Source: an uncultured Prevotellaceae bacterium (lineage in GTDB: Bacteria > Bacteroidota > Bacteroidia > Bacteroidales > Bacteroidaceae). Taken from it: DNA of 64,000 nucleotides. Position numbers and translations under genes: made by a program. The stretch is taken from positions 3,052 through 67,051 of the forward strand of contig CACXJZ010000005.1 in assembly GCA_902768105.1 (NCBI GenBank), given 5' to 3'. Position 1 is the first letter of the stretch. Each line of letters starts with the position of its first letter. The notes under the pieces are model-generated. The model saw only the letters and a program-made list of their open reading frames with translations. It made no database searches and was not told where the DNA came from. Positions 10,233-18,986 of the stretch are shown piece by piece.

Positions 10233-11375
10233 TCAGTCGTCGAGCAACAACAAGGCATCGCCGTAACAGCCGAAACGGTAACCGTTCTTCACGGCTAAGT
10301 CGTAGGCCTCCATCACAATGTCGTAGCCACCAAAGGCTGCCGTCGTCATCAGCATGGTGGACTCAGGATGATAGAAGTTGGCTATCAGCGAGTTGGCCAT
10401 ACCAAACTCATAGGGAGGGAAGATAAACTTATTGGTCCAACCGTTATACTCCTTCAGCAGTCCATCAGTACCCACAGCCGTCTCTGTGGCACGTGCCGTG
10501 CTGACACCTACAGCACAGATGCGATGTCCCTGCTGCTTAGCCTCGTTGACAATGTTGCAGGCATCCGTACCAATGACCATCTGCTCGGAGCTCATCTTAT
10601 GCTTCGTCAGATCTTCTACCTCAATCATGTCGAAGTTGCCCAGACTGCAGTGAACCGTGATATAGGCGAAGTTAGCGCCACGAATCTCAAGGCGCTTCAG
10701 CACCTCACGACTGAAATGCAGGCCAGAGGCTGGCGCCGTCACTGCTCCTTCGTTTTTAGCATAGATGGTCTGGAAGTTTTCCGTATCGTCAGGAGTCACC
10801 TCACGACGGTCGATGATGTAACGGGGCAGCGGTGCAGAGCCCAGTGCATAGAGCTCACGCTTGAACTCATCGTGCGGACAGTCGTAAAGGAAGCGCAGCG
10901 TACGTCCACGACTGGTGGTATTGTCGATAACCTCAGCCACCATGGGGCCGTCTTCGTCGAAGAAGAGCTTATTGCCAATACGTATCTTACGGGCAGGTTC
11001 TACGAGCACATCCCACAAGCGCAGTTCGGGGTTGAGCTCACGCAACAGAAAGACCTCAATCTGGGCATCGGTTTTCTCCTTGGTACCAAACAGGCGGGCA
11101 GGAAAAACCTTCGTATCATTGAAGATGAAGGTATCGCCCTCGTCGAAGTAGTTGACGAGGTCACGGAAGATGATAAACTCCTCGGTATCCTGACCATTCT
11201 CGTCTTTCTTGAACATGTCAATGGTCTGGCTCTTGCGGTGAATAACCATCATACGACATTCGTCACGACGATAAATCTTGTCAACGGTACCGTCTGCATT
11301 GTCAAAGGAGCGACAGGGCGGTTCGAGCGCCACGAGCTCGTCGGGCAGTTTGAATTTGAATTGTGATAGTTTCAT
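10233..11375 (-). CDS. queA: SAM:tRNA ribosyltransferase-isomerase
   Basis: [45 protein letters not shown]. Confidence 0.93.
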   Translation of the reverse strand: MKLSQFKFKLPDELVALEPPCRSFDNADGTVDKIYRRDECRMMVIHRKSQTIDMFKKDENGQDTEEFIIFRDLVNYFDEGDTFIFNDTKVFPARLFGTKEKTDAQIEVFLLRELNPELRLWDVLVEPARKIRIGNKLFFDEDGPMVAEVIDNTTSRGRTLRFLYDCPHDEFKRELYALGSAPLPRYIIDRREVTPDDTENFQTIYAKNEGAVTAPASGLHFSREVLKRLEIRGANFAYITVHCSLGNFDMIEVEDLTKHKMSSEQMVIGTDACNIVNEAKQQGHRICAVGVSTARATETAVGTDGLLKEYNGWTNKFIFPPYEFGMANSLIANFYHPESTMLMTTAAFGGYDIVMEAYDLAVKNGYRFGCYGDALLLLDD

Positions 11376-11404
11376 CTATTATATTTACAATTTATCGATT
11401 TACT

Positions 11405-12115
11405 TTATTGAGCATTATCTTCTATCTCCTGCTGATCCAGCCACTGGGGGAAGTCATCGAGGGCAACGCAGTCCTCAATGCGTATGTCGCCAAGGCGAGT
11501 ACGACAGAGAGCCGTCAGATAGGCTCCGCTACCCAGAGCACGTCCGATGTCGCGTGCCAGTGAACGGATGTAGGTTCCCTTGCCACACACTACACGGAGA
11601 GTCAGCAGCATCTTCTCAGCATCAAACGACATGACCTCAATCGAGTCGATGTGAATGGGCTTGGCCTGCAACGCCACTTCCCTACCCTTGCGTTTCAACT
11701 CATAAGCACGGTCTCCATTGATTTTCACAGCCGAGTATGAGGGCGGCACCTGCATGATGTCGCCAATAAACCGCGGCAGCGTGCAATCGATGAGCTCGCG
11801 AGTGATGTGCTCCGTAGCGTAGGTGGCATTCACCTCGTGCTCCATGTCATAGCTGGGAGTGGTGGCTCCAAGCTGCAAGGTAGCAGTATATTCCTTGCTG
11901 TGCAGCTGAAGACGTTCAATCTCCTTCGTCTTCTTGCCTGTACACAGGATGAGCACACCCGTCGCCAAGGGGTCGAGCGTTCCTGCATGGCCAGTCTTGA
12001 CACGCTTCACACCCACCTTACGGGAGATGCGCGTGCGGACAAAAGCCAACGCCCCAAACGACGTCATGCCATAGGGTTTGTTCAAATATATGAATTCGCC
12101 TTGTGTGAAGTTCAT
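11405..12115 (-). CDS. truB: tRNA pseudouridine(55) synthase
   Basis: GHAGTLDPLATGVL, KGTYIRSLARD. Confidence 0.96.
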   Translation of the reverse strand: MNFTQGEFIYLNKPYGMTSFGALAFVRTRISRKVGVKRVKTGHAGTLDPLATGVLILCTGKKTKEIERLQLHSKEYTATLQLGATTPSYDMEHEVNATYATEHITRELIDCTLPRFIGDIMQVPPSYSAVKINGDRAYELKRKGREVALQAKPIHIDSIEVMSFDAEKMLLTLRVVCGKGTYIRSLARDIGRALGSGAYLTALCRTRLGDIRIEDCVALDDFPQWLDQQEIEDNAQ

Positions 12116-12972
12116 CAGTCAACCATTGCAAGTGAATGACCTGTCAGCAGCAAGATGATGATGATGCCGCCAACCACGATACGGTAATAACCAAAAGCCT
12201 TGAAGCCGTATTTTGTCAAGAAGGCTACAAACCACTTCATGGCCAATAATGCCACGATAAAGGCAACCACACAACCTAAGATTAGCATCGTAATATTGTG
12301 GCTGGTGGCCCATGCAGCATCCTCCTTCAGTAAGTCGAGCAGGTCGAGCAGCGTAGCACCCGCCATCGTCGGCACGGCCAAGAAGAATGAGAACTCTGCA
12401 GCACGCTGACGCGTAAGTCCCTGCGTCATACCTCCCACGATGGTGGCCATAGAACGTGACACACCAGGAATCACTGATATACATTGGTACAGGCCAATGA
12501 AAAAAGCACGCTTCTCCGTCAGCTTATTGGCTTCAGACCCCTTATTGAACAAACGGTCGCAGAAAAGCATGAAGATACCGCCTACTACCAGCATGATGGC
12601 TACTACCAAGACGCTGTCAAGCAGCCAGTCAAGCAATCCCGACTTCTTGGCAGCCAGACCGATGACAACGGCAGGAAGCACACCTACAAAGAGCAACCAG
12701 TAGAAACGGAACTTATGCTTCAGACGTCCGAAGAGCGAGCTGCCTTCTGGTGCCGGGCTATTGTCGAGACGGAAGAAGTGCTTCCAGTAGAGGCACACCA
12801 CCGATAAGATGGCACCAAACTGAATGATAAACGTGAAAGCATGAACAAAGGGATCTCCTTGAGGAATACCCAACAGGTTCTGTGTGATGATCATATGGCC
12901 CGTCGAAGATACCGGAAGGAACTCGGTCAGTCCCTCGACAATGGCAATAATAACAGTATCTAACCAATCCAT
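12115..12972 (-). CDS. uppP: Undecaprenyl-diphosphate phosphatase
   Basis: VEGLTEFLPVSSTGH, PGVSRS, AAEFSF. Confidence 0.95.
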   Translation of the reverse strand: MDWLDTVIIAIVEGLTEFLPVSSTGHMIITQNLLGIPQGDPFVHAFTFIIQFGAILSVVCLYWKHFFRLDNSPAPEGSSLFGRLKHKFRFYWLLFVGVLPAVVIGLAAKKSGLLDWLLDSVLVVAIMLVVGGIFMLFCDRLFNKGSEANKLTEKRAFFIGLYQCISVIPGVSRSMATIVGGMTQGLTRQRAAEFSFFLAVPTMAGATLLDLLDLLKEDAAWATSHNITMLILGCVVAFIVALLAMKWFVAFLTKYGFKAFGYYRIVVGGIIIILLLTGHSLAMVD

Positions 12973-12978
12973 AGTCCT

Positions 12979-13233
12979 TTACTCCTTCTCTCCTTTCTCC
13001 TTCACACCTTCATCTTTAGGCTTGCGCATCACGGCATAAATCATGGAGATAAAGCCGAGGAAGCATACTACGGGTGCCACCTTGATGCGGACGGCACTGA
13101 AAATCTCAGGGTTATACTGTTCGGCCGTTGAGCCTCCACCACTCATCAGCAGGAAGCCAATGACCACGATAGCCATACCAATGGCCAGCAGAATGAGGTT
13201 GACGCGGTCGAATGCAAAATCTTTTCTATCCAT
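12979..13233 (-). CDS. DUF3098 small membrane protein
   Basis: Two TMs; usual position between ftsX and uppP in Bacteroidota. Confidence 0.8.
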   Translation of the reverse strand: MDRKDFAFDRVNLILLAIGMAIVVIGFLLMSGGGSTAEQYNPEIFSAVRIKVAPVVCFLGFISMIYAVMRKPKDEGVKEKGEKE

Positions 13234-13256
13234 TTTTATATATAATGTTTAATTCT

Positions 13257-14135
13257 TCATATTTTATACAACTCACCAGCCGTCATGCGCAGGAACTTAT
13301 TGACTGCCAAGTAAGCGCAGATGGCCGTGATTACGATACCAAACAACAGGACGGCAACGGCAGTGATGGTCAGTTCCTCCCAGCCGATAATGGTCAGCAG
13401 GTCAGGCTCCAGCACATACAGTCCATAGACACCCAGCCCGAGAAGGGCAATGGCCAGCAGTGCAGCCACAATGCCCACTCCAATAGCACGATACAGGAAC
13501 GGCTTGCGTATGAAGCCCCACGAGGCGCCCACCAACTTCATGGTGTGGATAAGGAAACGACGCGAATAGACACTGAGACGCACACTGTTGCTGATGAGCG
13601 AAAACGACACAATAGTCAGCAGGATCGCCAGCACTAGCAACACCAGACTGATTTTGCTCAGGTTGGCATTCACCTTGTCCATCAGGTCCTCAGGATAATG
13701 CACCTCGGCAATCTTGGGAATGGAGTGTAACTCCTTCATCACGCCCAAGATGGAGTCACTGTTGGCATAAATGTCAGTCAAACGAATCTCAAATGTTGCA
13801 GGGAACGGGTTGAAGCCCACGAATTCCTCGGGGTCAATACCCATTTCCTCATTATTTTCCTTCAAAGCCTGCTCCTTGCTGATGTAAGTGATGTTATAGA
13901 CATAAGGACGCACACGCAGTCTATTATACGCTGCGCCACGCTCCTGCTGAGTCATATTATCGCTTAGCACGACAGTGACCGTCAGGTTCTCCCTGACATA
14001 CGACGATAGGTTACGGGCAGTAAGTACGGTAAATACCACCATACCCAAAAGAACAAGCACCATCGTGGTACTTATACACAAGGTAACAACCTGCAATCCA
14101 CGTCGGCTGCCGGTAGTTTTCGATTTCTTTCCCAT
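13257..14135 (-). CDS. ftsX: Cell division permease FtsX
   Basis: ISKEQAL, IHTMKLVGASWGFIRKPF, 4 TMs; start revised to MGKK. Confidence 0.9.
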   Translation of the reverse strand: MGKKSKTTGSRRGLQVVTLCISTTMVLVLLGMVVFTVLTARNLSSYVRENLTVTVVLSDNMTQQERGAAYNRLRVRPYVYNITYISKEQALKENNEEMGIDPEEFVGFNPFPATFEIRLTDIYANSDSILGVMKELHSIPKIAEVHYPEDLMDKVNANLSKISLVLLVLAILLTIVSFSLISNSVRLSVYSRRFLIHTMKLVGASWGFIRKPFLYRAIGVGIVAALLAIALLGLGVYGLYVLEPDLLTIIGWEELTITAVAVLLFGIVITAICAYLAVNKFLRMTAGELYKI

Positions 14136-14180
14136 TACTTTTTGGATGTAATACACCTAATTTCGTGCAAAGGTACAAAA

Positions 14181-14276
14181 TTTAGTCTTTAGTTTTTTGT
14201 TTTTTGTTTTTTAGTTTTGGGGTTTTAACATCTTTTGGCATAAATACTCTAAACTCAAAACATTAAACTTTAAACT
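14181..14276. repeat. Opposed T-rich and A-rich 7-bp tandem arrays in the divergent promoter region
   Basis: tttagtc tttagtt ttttgtt... and actctaa actcaaa acattaa actttaa. Confidence 0.7.
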
Positions 14277-14298
14277 TTTTACTACCTTTGCCGGCACT

Positions 14299-15063
14299 AT
14301 GAGTACAGTTATCTATCCATCGCCCATCTTCGGCCCCATACATAGCCGGCGACTGGGCATCTCGCTAGGCATCAACCTGCAACCTGCCGACGGCAAGGTA
14401 TGCTCGTTTGACTGCATCTACTGCGAATGTGGCTTTAATGCCGACCACCGACCAACCCTTCCACGACCAACACCCGAGGAAGTGGCAGAAAAGCTGGAGG
14501 CAAAGCTCGCCGAGATGCGTCAGGACGGGCAGTTGCCAGACGTGCTGACCTTTGCCGGCAACGGAGAGCCGACCAGCCATCCTCACTTTGCAGAGATTAT
14601 TGACGACACCATCCGTCTGCGTAACCGCTACTGCCCAGATGCCAAGGTGTCAGTGCTGAGTAACTCCACCTTCATCCATCGCCAGCAGGTGCATGACGCC
14701 CTGATGCGTGTTGACAATAACATCCTGAAGCTCGACACCGTGGATGCTGAATATATCAACAAGGTGGACAGACCAACTGGTCACTACGATGTCAACGCCA
14801 TCATTGAGCAGCTCAAGGCCTTCCACGGACATGTCATCATACAGACCATGTTCATGAAAGGAGAAGGAGTTGACAATACAGGCGAGGAGTATGTCGGGCC
14901 CTGGTTGGAAGCAGTCAAGGAGATTGCGCCGCAACAGGTAATGGTATATACCATCGACCGCGAGACGCCAGCTCAAGGGTTACAGAAAGCTACTCACGAG
15001 GAGTTGGATGCCATCCGTGACCGCGTAATCGCCATGGGTATTCCCTGCTCAGCATCATATTGA
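14299..15063 (+). CDS. Radical SAM protein
   Basis: CSFDCIYC (CxxxCxxC), GNGEPT, SRRLGISLGIN. Confidence 0.9.
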   Translation: MSTVIYPSPIFGPIHSRRLGISLGINLQPADGKVCSFDCIYCECGFNADHRPTLPRPTPEEVAEKLEAKLAEMRQDGQLPDVLTFAGNGEPTSHPHFAEIIDDTIRLRNRYCPDAKVSVLSNSTFIHRQQVHDALMRVDNNILKLDTVDAEYINKVDRPTGHYDVNAIIEQLKAFHGHVIIQTMFMKGEGVDNTGEEYVGPWLEAVKEIAPQQVMVYTIDRETPAQGLQKATHEELDAIRDRVIAMGIPCSASY

Positions 15064-15067
15064 GGAT

Positions 15068-15505
15068 ATGGAGAACAAGGACGAACAATACATGCAAAGG
15101 GCACTCGACGAGGCGCGTCAGGCACTGAAGGAAGGCGAAATCCCCATCGGTGCCGTCGTGGTGTGCAAGGACCGTATCATCGCACGCGCCCATAATCTCA
15201 CGGAGACGCTCTGTGACGTGACTGCCCATGCGGAGATGCAGGCTATTACCGCCGCGGCCAACCAACTTGGCGGCAAGTATCTTACCGACTGCACACTCTA
15301 CGTCACCGTGGAGCCCTGTACGATGTGTGCTGGTGCCATTGGCTGGGCACAGATTCCACGCATCGTCTATGGCACAGCTGATGAGAAGCGTGGATTCCAC
15401 GAATATGCCCCGCATGCCCTACACCCCAAGGCAACCGTCACAGGCGGTGTGCTTGAAGAGGAATGCAAACAACTCATGCAGGATTTCTTTCAGAAAAAAA
15501 GATAA
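15068..15505 (+). CDS. tadA: tRNA adenosine deaminase-like nucleoside deaminase
   Basis: EIPIGAV, TAHAEM, EPCTMC. Confidence 0.88.
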   Translation: MENKDEQYMQRALDEARQALKEGEIPIGAVVVCKDRIIARAHNLTETLCDVTAHAEMQAITAAANQLGGKYLTDCTLYVTVEPCTMCAGAIGWAQIPRIVYGTADEKRGFHEYAPHALHPKATVTGGVLEEECKQLMQDFFQKKR

Positions 15506-15556
15506 ATCATTGAATGGTAAATTTGTAAATCCGCAAATATTTAGTATCTTTGCACC

Positions 15557-17530
15557 ATGATTGACAGAGCAACAGTCGATAGGATAATGGATGCCACCAA
15601 CATTGTTGAGGTGGTAAGCGACTTCGTTAACTTACGCAAGGCGGGAGTTAACTACAAGGGGCTGTGTCCGTTCCATGATGACAAGACGCCATCGTTCATG
15701 GTCTCACCAGCCAAGCAGATATGCAAGTGCTTCGCCTGTGGAAAGGGCGGAACGGCCATCAATTTTCTCATGGAACACGAGCAGATTACCTATGTGGAGG
15801 CATTGCGTTGGCTGGCCCGCAAGTACAATATTGAGATTGAGGAGCGCGAACTGACCGACGAGGAGCGCCGCCAGCAGTCAGAGCGTGAGTCCATGTACAT
15901 TGTCAGCGAATGGGCCAAGGACTGGTTTCACCATATTCTGAAGGAAGACCCTGACGGCATTGCTATCGGCAAACAGTATTTCCGCAGCCGAGGCATCCGC
16001 GACGACATTATTGAGAAGTTCCAGCTGGGCTTCGCGCCTAACAAACGTACGGCACTCTCGGAGGCTGCACGCGAAAAAGGCTACCAGCCAGAGTTCCTGG
16101 TAAAGACCGGACTGTGCTATCTGCGTGAAGCTAATAACCAAATAATTGACCGCTTCAGCGGTCGTGCCATCTTTCCATGGCTGAACGTCAGCGGCAAGGT
16201 GGTGGCTTTCGGCGGACGTGTGCTCGACGCACGGACAAAGGGCGTGCAACAGAAATACGTCAACTCGCCCGACTCAGACATCTACCACAAGGAGCGCGAG
16301 CTCTATGGCATCTTTCAGGCCAAGCGTGCCATAGCCAAAGAAGACTGCGTCTATATGGTCGAGGGCTATACCGACGTCATAGCCATGCACCAATGCGGAC
16401 TGGAGAACGTAGTAGCCAACTCGGGTACGGCGCTCTCCGTCTATCAGATACGCCTGCTACATCGCTTCACCCAGAACATTGTATTGCTCTACGATGGTGA
16501 CGAGGCCGGCATCCATGCTGCCATGCGCGGAACCGACATGCTACTCCAGGAAGGTATGAACATCAAGGTGCTCGTGCTACCCGACGGTGACGACCCCGAT
16601 TCGTTCAGCCGCAAGCATACTGCCGAGGAGTTCAAGACTTACATTCTGGAGCATCAGAAAGACTTTATACAGTTCAAAACCGACCTCATGCTACAGGGTG
16701 TTACCGACCCCGTGAAACGCAGCGAGGCCATCAGCAACATCGTCAAGAGTGTCAGCGTCATCCCCGACCCCATCAAGCGCGATACCTACCTGCACGATTG
16801 TGCCGTACGCTTGGGGGTTAACGAGCGGACGCTCATCAACACGATGAACAACTTTATCAGGGCGAACCGCGAAGAAAAGAGGAGAGAGGAGAGAGAAGAG
16901 AGAAGAGTGGAGAGAGAAGAAGCACCCTCCATACCCTCTCCTTTTGGAGGGGGACAGGGGGAGGCCCCCACCCCCAATGGGGGAAGGTTGGAGGGGGCTT
17001 CTCCCGTCGAAACCCTCATCATCCGTGAGGTGATACGTCATGGAGAAGAGGTGGTATTCGACAATCTGGAGACAGAGGACGGAGGGACAACGAGTCTCAC
17101 CGTAGCACAATACATTGACTACGATTTGTCACAGGACGGCATACAGCTGTCAGACGAACGCTATCGTCGCATACTTGCTGAGGCTGTCGAACACTCCAAT
17201 GAACGCGACTTCAAGGCCGAGACGTATTTCGTGCGACATCCCGACCCGCAGATTAGCCAACTGGCTGCCGACCTCGCCATGAGCCGCTATCAGCTCAGTG
17301 CCAGCATGAGCGTCCCCCAAAGGGAGGGCAGTCTGGTACGACAGATAACCCACTTGGTGCTCGACTACCGTATGAGCATCGTAGAGCAACAGCTGAAGCA
17401 TTTGCAGAACCAGTTGCGTAATGCCACCCGCGACATGGAGCACATCAAGAGCCTGATGACACAGCTCAAGCAGACACAGGAACTGCGCAACACGCTAGCC
17501 CGCAAGCTGGGCAACGATGTTATAATATAA
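15557..17530 (+). CDS. dnaG: DNA primase, with in-frame repeat insertion in the linker
   Basis: CPFH...C..C zinc finger, KYVNSP, VEGYTD and YDGDEAG TOPRIM motifs. Confidence 0.97.
   Translation: MIDRATVDRIMDATNIVEVVSDFVNLRKAGVNYKGLCPFHDDKTPSFMVSPAKQICKCFACGKGGTAINFLMEHEQITYVEALRWLARKYNIEIEERELTDEERRQQSERESMYIVSEWAKDWFHHILKEDPDGIAIGKQYFRSRGIRDDIIEKFQLGFAPNKRTALSEAAREKGYQPEFLVKTGLCYLREANNQIIDRFSGRAIFPWLNVSGKVVAFGGRVLDARTKGVQQKYVNSPDSDIYHKERELYGIFQAKRAIAKEDCVYMVEGYTDVIAMHQCGLENVVANSGTALSVYQIRLLHRFTQNIVLLYDGDEAGIHAAMRGTDMLLQEGMNIKVLVLPDGDDPDSFSRKHTAEEFKTYILEHQKDFIQFKTDLMLQGVTDPVKRSEAISNIVKSVSVIPDPIKRDTYLHDCAVRLGVNERTLINTMNNFIRANREEKRREEREERRVEREEAPSIPSPFGGGQGEAPTPNGGRLEGASPVETLIIREVIRHGEEVVFDNLETEDGGTTSLTVAQYIDYDLSQDGIQLSDERYRRILAEAVEHSNERDFKAETYFVRHPDPQISQLAADLAMSRYQLSASMSVPQREGSLVRQITHLVLDYRMSIVEQQLKHLQNQLRNATRDMEHIKSLMTQLKQTQELRNTLARKLGNDVII
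16874..16920 (+). repeat. In-frame 7-bp purine tandem repeat in dnaG
   Basis: gaaaaga ggagaga ggagaga gaagaga gaagagt ggagaga; encodes EKRREEREERRVERE. Confidence 0.85.
16921..16999 (+). mobile_element. Palindromic double-hairpin element, in frame in dnaG
   Basis: Terminal IR agcaccctcca/tggagggggct; hairpins ccctctcc-tttt-ggaggggg and ccccc-aat-ggggg. Confidence 0.8.
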
Positions 17531-17539
17531 TTTACCGAT

Positions 17540-18985
17540 TTGGCAATGCACGGACTATATGCTGTAGGTGTTGTACTCTACTGGATTATCGTGACGGTGG
17601 CCATTGTTCACGTCGTGATGGACAACCGCCAGCCAGCCAAGACCATGGCCTGGGCACTGGTCATCTTCTTCGTGCCCATTGTCGGCATCGTGTTCTACCT
17701 GTTCTTTGGCATCAACACCCGCAAACAACGCATGGTCAGCCAGCGGTCGCTCGACCAACTGTCGAAACGTTCCATGCTGGAGTTTGTGGAACAGCGGAGC
17801 CTTCATCTGCCCGATGACCACAAACCACTCATCGACCTGTACGTCAACCAGAACTTCTCACTACCCTTCAAGGTAGATGACATCCAGTTGCTGTGCGACG
17901 GCAAGGACTTCTTCCCTGCCCTCTTCAAGGCTATCGGCGAGGCACGCGACCATATCCACCTGGATTTTTATATTATAGAGGACGATCCTTTGGGCCGACT
18001 CATCAGCGATATGCTCATCGACCGTGCCCGCGAAGGAGTTGAAGTACGACTGATTTACGATGACGTGGGCTGCTGGAACGTCCGTCACCGTTTCTTCGAG
18101 CGCATGCGCGAGGAAGGCATCGAGGTAGTACCTTTCCTACCTGTACGCTTCCCGTCGTTTGCCAACAAGGTAAACTACCGCAACCACCGCAAGATCTGTG
18201 TCATCGACGGTCGTGTGGGATTCATTGGAGGAATGAATCTTGCACTGCGCTACTGGCAAGGAACAGAAACACAATCTTGGCGCGACACCATGATTCGCGT
18301 GGAAGGCAGCGTGGTCTATGCCCTGCAACGCGCATTCCTCATTGACTGGTACTTCGTTGACCGGACGCTCATCTCACACCGCAAATACTATCCACCCTCC
18401 ACTCCCCCCTCTTTCGGAGGGGACGGGGGAGGTTCCCCCATCGCTCAGATTGTCACCAGCAGTCCGGCATCGCCCTATCCTGAAATCATGCAAGGCTACG
18501 TGCATGTTATCTCCACAGCCAAGAAGAGTATCCTGATGGAGACACCATACTTCCTGCCTACTGAGCCCGTATTGTTTGCGCTGAAGACGGCAGCCCTGGG
18601 AGGCATCGACGTGCGCCTCATCGTACCCATGCGCAGTGATGCCCGCTTTGTGGAATGGGCAGGCCGCAGCTACCTGCGCGAGATGGCCGAGGCCGGTGCA
18701 CAGGTGTGGCTCTATCAGGACGGCTTTCTTCACTCGAAGCTCATGGTGGTTGACGACACGCTCTCCACCTGCGGTTCCACAAACATTGACTTCCGCTCGT
18801 TCGAGAACAATTTTGAGAGCAACATCTTCATCTACGACGAAGAGACAGCCTCCCGCTTCCGCGAAGTGTTCATTGCCGACCAGCAGCATGCCCGCCTGCT
18901 CAACGACATGCCCCACCGCATGCGCCCGTCCTTCCTCAAGCGCCTGCTGGAAAGCCTTGCCCGGCTACTGGCTCCGCTGCTCTGA
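17540..18985 (+). CDS. cls: Cardiolipin synthase
   Basis: Two N-terminal TMs, two HKD motifs (HRKICVID, HSKLMVVD). Confidence 0.95.
   Translation: MAMHGLYAVGVVLYWIIVTVAIVHVVMDNRQPAKTMAWALVIFFVPIVGIVFYLFFGINTRKQRMVSQRSLDQLSKRSMLEFVEQRSLHLPDDHKPLIDLYVNQNFSLPFKVDDIQLLCDGKDFFPALFKAIGEARDHIHLDFYIIEDDPLGRLISDMLIDRAREGVEVRLIYDDVGCWNVRHRFFERMREEGIEVVPFLPVRFPSFANKVNYRNHRKICVIDGRVGFIGGMNLALRYWQGTETQSWRDTMIRVEGSVVYALQRAFLIDWYFVDRTLISHRKYYPPSTPPSFGGDGGGSPIAQIVTSSPASPYPEIMQGYVHVISTAKKSILMETPYFLPTEPVLFALKTAALGGIDVRLIVPMRSDARFVEWAGRSYLREMAEAGAQVWLYQDGFLHSKLMVVDDTLSTCGSTNIDFRSFENNFESNIFIYDEETASRFREVFIADQQHARLLNDMPHRMRPSFLKRLLESLARLLAPLL
18395..18432 (+). mobile_element. Half palindromic element, in frame in the cls inter-domain linker
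   Basis: ccctccactcccccctctttcggaggggacgggggagg, similar to dnaG 16925-16964; encodes PSTPPSFGGDGG. Confidence 0.75.
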
Positions 18986-18986
18986 C

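Noticed and set aside
10368-11366. 332-aa antisense ORF over queA (similarly 60181-61221, 47153-47947, 27069-27965)
   Set aside because: Shadow ORFs opposite well-supported genes, with no recognisable motifs.
12720-12780. NSPAPEGSS segment in UppP as another palindromic insert
   Set aside because: No hairpin or family motif in the DNA; likely a native loop.
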